NCBI GenBank assembly: GCA_002269645.1
Contig: NIVC01002037.1
Span: forward strand, 62,001 to 126,000
Source of the DNA: Macrostomum lignano
Lineage: Eukaryota
Reading direction: 5' to 3'
Length of the DNA stretch: 64,000 nt
The notes below the pieces were generated by a model that was given only the letters and a program-made list of their open reading frames with translations, was not told the DNA's origin and searched no databases. Position numbers and translations under genes: made by a program. Numbering within the stretch: the stretch's first letter is position 1; every line of letters starts with the position of its first letter. Positions 1-20,500 of the stretch are shown here, in pieces.

Positions 1-461
1 TTGAGATTTGCGTTTAGAAATTTGATATTACTTTTATTCGCAATCAGCTCTAGATTATCGTCTCTATCGATGTCTTACTTTGATATGGATTATTTTCCAC
101 GTTGTCGCTCAGCTAATTGTAGGAACATGACAAAATATGCGTTATTTTGTTAGTTATTTTTTCCACATTTTGTTTCTATATTTTAGTAGTCTTTGATTCC
201 TTTTTAAAGGCGTTGTCTTTGAATTTCGCAATTTCGCTAACTTTTATAATATCAATGTGAAGCATTCAATATAGTAGTATCCTTTTAATTACAAGCTATA
301 GTATTATTTGTTCTGTATTTGTACCGGTACAGAAGTGCGGTGAACCTACATGTACAGTAAAACATTTTTTATGCTTTTTACAGTTAGACCGAGTTTTTAC
401 GCAAATGTTAGCAGATACAGATAGATACAAGCGTGAATAGTTAAATAGATACATAGTTAGA

Positions 462-551
462 CATAACACACAGACAGAAACACACAGGCAGACAGAAACA
501 CGCAGACAGGCAGACAGACAGACAGACAGACAGACAGATAGACAGACAGAC

Positions 552-630
<79 letters not shown>

Positions 631-682
631 AACAGACACAGACAGGCAGAAAGATAGACAGACAGACAGACAGACAGACTGA
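462..682 (+). repeat. (CAGA)n microsatellite, degenerate at its 5' end
   Basis: Direct reading: gacagacaga... runs with occasional cagg/caaa/cac variants. It generates the spurious (SVCL)n ORFs on the minus strand. Confidence 0.97.
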
Positions 683-705
683 CTCTCCGCTCCGCTCTCC
701 CGCAG
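683..705 (+). promoter_or_regulatory. Candidate 3' splice acceptor (cis- or trans-splice) upstream of SAP30BP
   Basis: Pyrimidine tract ctctccgctccgctctccc followed by GCAG ending at 705, 69 nt before the ATG. An in-frame TAA at 727-729 shows the downstream segment is 5' UTR. Confidence 0.45.
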
Positions 706-774
706 CTCCTGCAGGCCAGCACTCGCTAAGCACAGGAATCCAACAGAAAGCCTCATCAGCAGCCTCAGCCGGCC

Positions 775-2163
775 ATGTCCCGCCAAACGATGCCGCCTCC
801 CACCGGCTCCCTGCCGCTGCTCACCGCCTACGATGATGACGAAGAAGAGGATGAAGAAACTCAAGCGGAGGCTGCAGCAGCAGAATCTCCACAGGCTACT
901 GCCAGTAGTGATGACAACAATTTCAACGATGATGCAATGGGAGAAGGTGAGGTCGGACCCGAACAGCAGGTGGGAAATTCTCCCTCAGCTGTCATCAAAG
1001 AAGCAGCGGACGAAGACGACGCTCAGATCTGGAGCGGGCCGCAGCCAAAACGGCAGCGCTCCAGCAGCAGCGGCCGCGGAGACGGCGGCGCCGGCGGGAT
1101 GACCTTCGACATCTCCGACGATGAGGGCGGCGGAGCTCACAACGATGACGAAGAAGGCGACAGCAGCCAGGATGCTGATGCTGCTCCTCCACTTTCGGCT
1201 CCATCAGTTAAATCGGATTTGAAAAGTTCTCAAGACCAGCCGCGATTAGCTAAAGTGAGCAGTTTGGTCAACTACGGCTTGGGGCCGAATGAGAGCGACT
1301 CGGAGAAGGAGGAAAATGATGAAGGTGGCAGTGATGCCGATCGGGATGTTTCTGATGATGAGGCTGAGGCGCCAGTCGATGCAGAGGATGCCGAGGTTGC
1401 TAATGACAATCCCGACGCAAAACAGACTGGCTTGTCGACTCCGCCGGAGACTTCCAGTGCAGCCGCTGAAGTCGGAGTTGCCGACAGGAAAATTTCCGAC
1501 AATGTTGACGTTGACGACATGGCCCGAGCCAATGCCAGGGCTAAAGCCGACGAGCTGCTGCTGTCGCTTGACGCTTCTTCCTCATCGTCGGCAACTCCGC
1601 TCGTGCAGTCCTCGCCGCTGAGTCTGCCTCCGCCGCCGAAGGAGCCGCCAAATCGTGAGGTGCAGGAGAAGGTGAACAAGCTGCTGCAGATGAAGCGTCA
1701 GGGCGTCGGTATCAGCATGATGAACCGCATCACAAACAATAAGAAGTATAGAAATCCGTGCATGTACGAGAAGTTTATTATCTACCAGGGTATTGACGAT
1801 AAAGGCACCAACTTCAATCCCAGCGTGTTCGATCCCTACATCTGGGACAAGCACAGCTATTACGATGCGCTGCTTCAAGCGCAGGTGGAAGCGGAATCCA
1901 AGCGGGTACGGGCGACAGGCAATCGGGATCAGCAGCAGCAGCAGCAGCAGCAGCCTCCGCCATTGATGCAGATGGCTTCTAGGCGGCCCGCAGCTGCCGC
2001 TGGTGACGCGGCTTCGGTGGCAGCCGCGATGCTGGCCAGACGGTCCAGCAAGTGGGACAGCGGTGGGGGCGGAGGTGGAAGCGCACCCACTGGAGCCGCC
2101 GGGGCAGCTGCGAATCCTTCATCGTCCACTGGTGTGGGAGCATTTATTCGTAGAAAGCCTTGA
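775..2163 (+). CDS. SAP30BP: SAP30-binding protein (HCNGP family), single coding exon, 462 aa
   Basis: HCNGP domain [12 protein letters not shown]...[46 protein letters not shown] matches the family pattern (KxFRNPSIYEKLI...IDELGTNYP..FDPH.W...SYY.ALA.AQ). Also an acidic N-terminus and a C-terminal RRSSKWD motif. Confidence 0.93.
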   Translation: MSRQTMPPPTGSLPLLTAYDDDEEEDEETQAEAAAAESPQATASSDDNNFNDDAMGEGEVGPEQQVGNSPSAVIKEAADEDDAQIWSGPQPKRQRSSSSGRGDGGAGGMTFDISDDEGGGAHNDDEEGDSSQDADAAPPLSAPSVKSDLKSSQDQPRLAKVSSLVNYGLGPNESDSEKEENDEGGSDADRDVSDDEAEAPVDAEDAEVANDNPDAKQTGLSTPPETSSAAAEVGVADRKISDNVDVDDMARANARAKADELLLSLDASSSSSATPLVQSSPLSLPPPPKEPPNREVQEKVNKLLQMKRQGVGISMMNRITNNKKYRNPCMYEKFIIYQGIDDKGTNFNPSVFDPYIWDKHSYYDALLQAQVEAESKRVRATGNRDQQQQQQQQPPPLMQMASRRPAAAAGDAASVAAAMLARRSSKWDSGGGGGGSAPTGAAGAAANPSSSTGVGAFIRRKP

Positions 2164-2330
2164 ACTTGTCAAAGGGCTTGTTGACAGCTCTATTTGTATT
2201 GATATCGTTATCAGATTATAGTGCATTAATGCTTTCACTTTTTTGCTGGGGGATACCCGAGTCCTGATTTAAAATCTTTGTCTCTGAAATAATATTCAAA
2301 TCCTAAGCCACCGGTTTTATTTGTATTTAT

Positions 2331-2986
2331 TCATATCCGAATCCAATCCTACAGACAGGGGATATTCATATCCGAATCCCATCCTACAGACAGGGGATAT
2401 TCAGATCCCATTCCCATCCTACAGACAGGGGATATTCAGATCCCCATCCCATCCTGCAGACAGGGGATATTCAGATCCCCATCCCATCCTACAGACAGGG
2501 GATATTCAGATCCCCATCCCATCCTACAGACAGGGGATATTCAGATCCCATTCCCATCCTACAGACAGGGGATATTCAGATCCCATTCCCATCCTACAGA
2601 CAGGGGACATTCAGATCCCATCCTACAGACAGGGGATATTCAGATCCCATCCTACAGACAGGGGATATTCAGATCCCATTCCCATCCTACAGACAGGGGA
2701 TATTCAGATCCCATTCCCATCCTACAGACAGGGGATATTCAGATCCCAATCCCATCCTACAGACAGGGGATATTCAGATCCCAATCCCATCCTACAGACA
2801 GGGGATATTCAGATCCCAATCCCATCCTACAGATAGGTAATATTTATCCCATCCTACAGACAGGGAATATTTATCCCAATCCCATCCTACAGACAGGGGA
2901 TATTCAGATCCCAATCCCATCCTACAGACAGGGGATATTCAGATCCCAATCCCATCCTACACAAGGGATATTTATCCCATTCCCAT
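2331..2986 (+). repeat. Minisatellite family A, copy 1 (29/34/35-bp unit cccatcctacagacaggggatattcagatcccaat)
   Basis: About 19 tandem units read directly. Length variants differ by presence or absence of the cccaat/cccatt hexamer. Confidence 0.96.
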
Positions 2987-3360
2987 ATGTTTCTTCCTTA
3001 TGAAAATGATGTGCAAATATTAAGGCTTTTCTCAAATTTTCAGTAGTAAGTAGTTCAAATGTTTGTAAGCTTTCTGACGATGTACATTTGACTGCTTTTA
3101 TACTAATGGCCTGTTGTTAGTAATAAAAATTCCTAAGTACTTGTTATCCTCGTAAATAAAAATATCCTATGTCTAAATACCATTGTGTGCTAAATAAACA
3201 ATTAAAACTTTGTCCGCTTAAGTGTTTATTGAGGTTTGCGTTTAGTGCTGAAATTTGCAATGCTTTTCCATGCCTTTCCATGTCAGTTGTCTCATGCTTC
3301 TAATGATAGTTAATTAGATATTAGCGGTGATCAGAATGGTTATTCCATTTACACGATTAC

Positions 3361-3670
3361 TAATCATATATAATTAATATTTGATTAAACCTGTCTTAAT
3401 GGCTTGATGTGCAACCGACAGCTCAGCCGCAGCTATTGCGCGGCGCATCTGAAAGCTGCGTACGGCTGTTCAGTCCAAGGACTGGGGGGGGGGGTCGCCA
3501 CACACACCCTCAATTACCCCAGCTAATGCTGGCACCCATTTTACAGCTGGGTGAACTGAAGCAATGCAGAGTTAAGTGTCTTGCTCAAGGACACAAATTG
3601 TTCTGAGTAGTTCTAAAATCGAACCCCGACCTTTAGTCGAAAGTCCAACGCTCTAACCACTAGGCTTTCT
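3361..3670 (-). mobile_element. tRNA-derived CORE-type (MIR-like) SINE
   Basis: The minus strand reads agcctagtggttagagcg (A box, 3666-3649), then ggttcgatt (B box, 3625-3617), then tgtgtccttgagcaagacacttaactctgcattgcttcagttcacccagctgtaaaatgggtg (3595-3533), which closely resembles the MIR/CORE core domain. A GC-rich stem-loop and an AT-rich tail follow. Weak candidate TSD: acacgattac (3351-3360) / atacgattag (3671-3680). Confidence 0.8.
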
Positions 3671-3690
3671 ATACGATTAGATAAATCATC

Positions 3691-3850
3691 ATTAGCAATT
3701 AGTGGATTAGAGAAATCGACATTAGCAATTAGTGGATTAGAGAAATCGACATTAGCAATTAGTGGATTAGAGAAATCGACATTAGCAATTAGTGGATTAG
3801 AGAAATCGACATTAGAAATTAGGAAATTAGAGAAATGAAGATTAGCAGTT
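3691..3850 (+). repeat. 30-bp tandem repeat (attagcaattagtggattagagaaatcgac), 4 perfect copies plus about 1.3 degenerate
   Basis: Direct reading; it ends about 90 nt upstream of the GPD2 ATG. Confidence 0.95.
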
Positions 3851-3940
3851 AGACTTTATTTAAAAAATCTCTGATATTCGACAATTACTCGTCTGGTTTC
3901 TCACGATTGCATGACCAATAAATCAGTCAATCAATAAATC

Positions 3941-13772
<9,832 letters not shown>

Positions 13773-13996
13773 TTCTATGGTCAATTTTTACACATTCAGG
13801 CCTTCAAAAACTCGTTGAACCCATAGTTCTTAAAAAATCGTATTAACCATGCTTAATTTATTCGACTTTGCTTATTTCAGTTTTAACCTGTTCACACCTG
13901 TGAATTATATTGCTTACTCTGCTAATTTTTGCCTATATATGCCAAACATCCTACTTTTACGACGCCTCATTTGTTAGTAGTATAGTAGCTGTATGA

Positions 13997-14002
13997 AATA
14001 AA
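13997..14002 (+). terminator. Candidate polyadenylation signal for GPD2
   Basis: First AATAAA after the stop, about 225 nt downstream. Confidence 0.45.
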
Positions 14003-14502
14003 ATATAGGATATATTTATTAATGATTTTGAATAATAATTTTAACAAAAAATTCTGTGATTATTGATTCCTGATTAAATAGTTTTTTTAAATAAAATTAT
14101 TGTCGTTAATTAATGACATCATCTACAGTTTAACTAAAAAGTTTGCATTCTGGATTGGCTCTGGAATTCTGAGTATTTAATTTGTTCTTGTCAATGCCCC
14201 ATGTTTCTCCCTCATATAATGATAGTGTATTTCAATATTTTAAACAAATTTAGCGCATGATATTGTGTCGTGTTTGTAACTGCTTAGTTGATTTCTAATA
14301 AAAATTGCATATTTTTTATTGTTTAACTCATAAACATTAATACAACGTATCATTGAAAATACAAGTAAGATAAAAGCACTACTCTGGATTTTTTAAAAAT
14401 AATTATGTCCATTAAATTTATAAAATAGATTCTTATGAAAATATTAGCATGGACAGTTTTGTTCTTTTTTGTTTGTTTTAAACAGAATATCCAAATCATG
14501 GG

Positions 14503-17500
14503 ATATAGATTAGCAATCCATTCTGTTCCTTCATCAATTGGAATATAGATTAGCAATCCATTCTGCTCCTTCATCAATTGGAATATAGATTAGCAATCCA
14601 TTCTGCTCCTTCATCAATGATAATATAGATTAGCAATCCATTCTGTTCCTTCAGCAATGGTGATATAGATTAGCAATCCATTCTGTTCCTTCATCAATTG
14701 GAATATAGATTAGCAATCCATTCTGCTCCTTCATCAATGGTAATATAGATTAGCAATCCATTCTGCTCCTTCATTAATGATAATATAGATTAGCAATCCA
14801 TTCTGTTCCTTCATCAATTGGAATATAGATTAGCAATCCATTCTGCTCCTTCATCAATTGGAATATAGATTAGCAATCCATTCTGCTCCTTCATCAATGG
14901 TAATATAGATTAGCAATCCATTCTGTTCCTTCATCAATGATAATATAGATTAGCAATCCATTCTGTTCCTTCATCAATGGTAATATAGATTAGCAATCCA
15001 TTCTGCTCCTTCATCAATTGGAATATAGATTAGCAATCCATTCTGCTCCTTCATCAATTGGAATATAGATTAGCAATCCTTTCTGCTCCTTCATCAATTG
15101 GAATATAGATTAGCAATCCATTCTGCTCCTTCATCAATGGTAATATAGATTAGCAATCCATTCTGCTCCTTCATCAATGGTAATATAGATTAGCAATCCA
15201 TTCTGCTCCTTCATCAATGATAATATAGATTAGCAATCCATTCTGTTCCTTCATCAATGGTGATATAGATTAGCAATCCATTCTGCTCCTTCATCAATTG
15301 GAATATAGATTAGCAATCCATTCTGCTCCTTCATCAATGATAATATAGATTAGCAATCCATTCTGTTCCTTCATCAATGATAATATAGATTAGCAATCCA
15401 TTCTGCTCCTTCATCAATTGGAATATAGATTAGCAATCCATTCTGCTCCTTCATCAATGGTAATATAGATTAGCAATCCATTCTGTTCCTTCATCAATGA
15501 TAATATAGATTAGCAATCCATTCTGTTCCTTCATTAATGATAATATAGATTAGCAATCCATTCTGTTCCTTCAGCAATGGTGATATAGATTAGCAATCCA
15601 TTCTGTTCCTTCATCAATGATAATATAGATTAGCAATCCATTCTGTTCCTTCATTAATGATAATATAGATTAGCAATCCATTCTGTTCCTTCAGCAATGG
15701 TGATATAGATTAGCAATCCATTCTGCTCCTTCATCAATTGGAATATAGATTAGCAATCCATTCTGTTCCTTCATCAATGATAATATAGATTAGCAATCCA
15801 TTCTGTTCCTTCATCAATGATAATATAGATTAGCAATCCATTCTGCTCCTTCATCAATTGGAATATAGATTAGCAATCCATTCTGCTCCTTCATCAATGG
15901 TAATATAGATTAGCAATCCATTCTGTTCCTTCATCAATGATAATATAGATTAGCAATCCATTCTGTTCCTTCATCAATGATAATATAGATTAGCAATCCA
16001 TTCTGCTCCTTCATCAATGGTAATATAGATTAGCAATCCATTCTGTTCCTTCATCAATGATAATATAGATTAGCAATCCATTCTGCTCCTTCATCAATTG
16101 GAATATAGATTAGCAATCCATTCTGCTCCTTCATCAATTGGAATATAGATTAGCAATCCATTCTGCTCCTTCATCAATTGGAATATAGATTAGCAATCCA
16201 TTCTGCTCCTTCATCAATGATAATATAGATTAGCAATCCATTCTGCTCCTTCATCAATTGGAATATAGATTAGCAATCCATTCTGCTCCTTCATCAATGA
16301 TAATATAGATTAGCAATCCATTCTGCTCCTTCATTAATGATAATATAGATTAGCAATCCATTCTGCTCCTTCATCAATGATAATATAGATTAGCAATCCA
16401 TTCTTTTCCTTCATCAATGATAATATAGATTAGCAATCCATTCTGCTCCTTCATTAATGATAATATAGATTAGCAATCCATTCTGTTCCTTCATCAATTG
16501 GAATATAGATTAGCAATCCATTCTGTTCCTTCATCAATTGGAATATAGATTAGCAATCCATTCTGCTCCTTCATCAATTGGAATATAGATTAGCAATCCA
16601 TTCTGCTCCTTCATCAATTGGAATATAGATTAGCAATCCATTCTGCTCCTTCATCAATTGGAATATAGATTAGCAATCCATTCTGCTCCTTCATCAATTG
16701 GAATATAGATTAGCAATCCATTCTGCTCCTTCATCAATTGGAATATAGATTAGCAATCCATTCTGCTCCTTCATCAATGGTAATATAGATTAGCAATCCA
16801 TTCTGTTCCTTCAGCAATGGTGATATAGATTAGCAATCCATTCTGTTCCTTCATCAATTGGAATATAGATTAGCAATCCATTCTGTTCCTTCATCAATTG
16901 GAATATAGATTAGCAATCCATTCTGTTCCTTCATCAATGATAATATAGATTAGCAATCCATTCTGCTCCTTCATCAATTGGAATATAGATTAGCAATCCA
17001 TTCTGCTCCTTCATCAATGGTAATATAGATTAGCAATCCATTCTGTTCCTTCATCAATGATAATATAGATTAGCAATCCATTCTGCTCCTTCATTAATGA
17101 TAATATAGATTAGCAATCCATTCTGTTCCTTCATCAATGATAATATAGATTAGCAATCCATTCTGCTCCTTCATTAATGATAATATAGATTAGCAATCCA
17201 TTCTGCTCCTTCATCAATTGGAATATAGATTAGCAATCCATTCTGTTCCTTCATCAATGATAATATAGATTAGCAATCCATTCTGCTCCTTCATCAATGA
17301 TAATATAGATTAGCAATCCATTCTGCTCCTTCATTAATGATAATATAGATTAGCAATCCATTCTGCTCCTTCATCAATTGGAATATAGATTAGCAATCCA
17401 TTCTGTTCCTTCATCAATGATAATATAGATTAGCAATCCATTCTGCTCCTTCATCAATGGTAATATAGATTAGCAATCCATTCTGTTCCTTCATCAATGA

Positions 17501-20500
17501 TAATATAGATTAGCAATCCATTCTGCTCCTTCATCAATGATAATATAGATTAGCAATCCATTCTGTTCCTTCATCAATGATAATATAGATTAGCAATCCA
17601 TTCTGCTCCTTCATCAATTGGAATATAGATTAGCAATCCATTCTGTTCCTTCATCAATGATAATATAGATTAGCAATCCATTCTGCTCCTTCATCAATGA
17701 TAATATAGATTAGCAATCCATTCTGCTCCTTCATTAATGATAATATAGATTAGCAATCCATTCTGCTCCTTCATCAATTGAATATAGATTAGCAATCCAT
17801 TCTGCTCCTTCATCAATTGAATATAGATTAGCAATCCATTCTGCTCCTTCATCAATGATAATATAGATTAGCAATCCATTCTGCTCCTTCATCAATGATA
17901 ATATAGATTAGCAATCCATTCTGCTCCTTCATCAATTGGAATATAGATTAGCAATCCATTCTGCTCCTTCATTAATGATAATATAGATTAGCAATCCATT
18001 CTGCTCCTTCATCAATTGGAATATAGATTAGCAATCCATTCTGCTCCTTCATTAATTGGAATATAGATTAGCAATCCATTCTGCTCCTTCATTAATGATA
18101 ATATAGATTAGCAATCCATTCTGCTCCTTCATCAATTGGAATATAGATTAGCAATCCATTCTGCTCCTTCATCAATGATAATATAGATTAGCAATCCATT
18201 CTGCTCCTTCATCAATGATAATATAGATTAGCAATCCATTCTGCTCCTTCATCAATTGGAATATAGATTAGCAATCCATTCTGCTCCTTCATCAATTGGA
18301 ATATAGATTAGCAATCCATTCTGCTCCTTCATTAATGATAATATAGATTAGCAATCCATTCTGCTCCTTCATTAATGATAATATAGATTAGCAATCCATT
18401 CTGCTCCTTCATCAATTGGAATATAGATTAGCAATCCATTCTGCTCCTTCATTAATGATAATATAGATTAGCAATCCATTCTGCTCCTTCATCAATGATA
18501 ATATAGATTAGCAATCCATTCTGCTCCTTCATCAATTGGAATATAGATTAGCAATCCATTCTGCTCCTTCATCAATGATAATATAGATTAGCAATCCATT
18601 CTGTTCCTTCATCAATTGAATATAGATTAGCAATCCATTCTGCTCCTTCATCAATTGGAATATAGATTAGCAATCCATTCTGCTCCTTCATCAATGATAA
18701 TATAGATTAGCAATCCATTCTGTTCCTTCATCAATGATAATATAGATTAGCAATCCATTCTGTCCTTCATCAATTGGAATATAGATTAGCAATCCATTCT
18801 GCTCCTTCATCAATTGAATATAGATTAGCAATCCATTCTGTTCCTTCATCAATTGAATATAGATTAGCAATCCATTCTGTTCCTTCATCAATTGAATATA
18901 GATTAGCAATCCATTCTGCTCCTTCATCAATGAATATAGATTAGCAATCCATTCTGCTCCTTCATCAATTGAATATAGATTAGCAATCCATTCTGTTCCT
19001 TCATCAATGATAGTATAGATTAGCAATCCATTCTGCTCCTTCATCAATGATAATATAGATTAGCAATCCATTCTGCTCCTTCATCAATTGGAATATAGAT
19101 TAGCAATCCATTCTGTTCCTTCATCAATTGGAATATAGATTAGCAATCCATTCTGCTCCTTCATCAATGATAATATAGATTAGCAATCCATTCTGTTCCT
19201 TCATCAATTGGAATATAGATTAGCAATCCATTCTGTCCTTCATCAATGGAATATAGATTAGCAATCCATTCTGCTTCATCAATGAATATAGATTAGCAAT
19301 CCATTCTGCTCCTTCATCAATTGGAATATAGATTAGCAATCCATTCTGCTCCTTCATCAATGAATATAGATTAGCAATCCATTCTGCTCCTTCATCAATT
19401 GAATATAGATTAGCAATCCATTCTGTCCTTCATCAATGAATATAGATTAGCAATCCATTCTGCTCCTTCATCAATGAATATAGATTAGCAATCCATTCTG
19501 CTCCTTCATCAATGATAATATAGATTAGCAATCCATTCTGTTCCTTCATCAATTGGAATATAGATTAGCAATCCATTCTGCTCCTTCATCAATGGTAATA
19601 TAGATTAGCAATCCATTCTGTTCCTTCATCAATGATAATATAGATTAGCAATCCATTCTGCTCCTTCATCAATGATAATATAGATTAGCAATCCATTCTG
19701 CTCCTTCATCAATGATAATATAGATTAGCAATCCATTCTGTTCCTTCATCAATGAATATAGATTAGCAATCCATTCTGTCCTTCATCAATGAATATAGAT
19801 TAGCAATCCATTCTGCTCCTTCATCAATGATAATATAGATTAGCAATCCATTCTGCTCCTTCATCAATGATAATATAGATTAGCAATCCATTCTGCTCCT
19901 TCATCAATGAATATAGATTAGCAATCCATTCTGCTCCTTCATCAATGATAATATAGATTAGCAATCCATTCTGCTCCTTCATCAATGATAATATAGATTA
20001 GCAATCCATTCTGCTCCTTCATCAATGAATATAGATTAGCAATCCATTCTGCTCCTTCATCAATGAATATAGATTAGCAATCCATTCTGCTCCTTCATCA
20101 ATGTAATATAGATTAGCAATCCATTCTGCTCCTTCATCAATGGTAATATAGATTAGCAATCCATTCTGCTCCTTCATCAATGAATATAGATTAGCAATCC
20201 ATTCTGTCCTTCATCAATGATAATATAGATTAGCAATCCATTCTGCTCCTTCATCAATGATAATATAGATTAGCAATCCATTCTGCTCCTTCATCAATGA
20301 ATATAGATTAGCAATCCATTCTGCTCCTTCATCAATGATAATATAGATTAGCAATCCATTCTGTCCTTCATCAATGAATATAGATTAGCAATCCATTCTG
20401 CTCCTTCATCAATGAATATAGATTAGCAATCCATTCTGCTCCTTCATCAATGATAATATAGATTAGCAATCCATTCTGCTCCTTCATCAATGAATATAGA

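Noticed and set aside
296-864. Minus-strand (SVCL)n ORFs
   Set aside because: These are translations of the (CAGA)n microsatellite.
3420-3470. Hammerhead ribozyme in the SINE stem-loop
   Set aside because: No CUGANGA plus GAAA core in the right arrangement on either strand.
3361-3480. The SINE as non-autonomous partner of the LINE at 60856-64000
   Set aside because: The 3' ends share no visible sequence similarity and the tails differ.
3600-3667. Functional tRNA gene
   Set aside because: A and B boxes are present but there is no acceptor stem or cloverleaf, and the sequence continues into a CORE domain.
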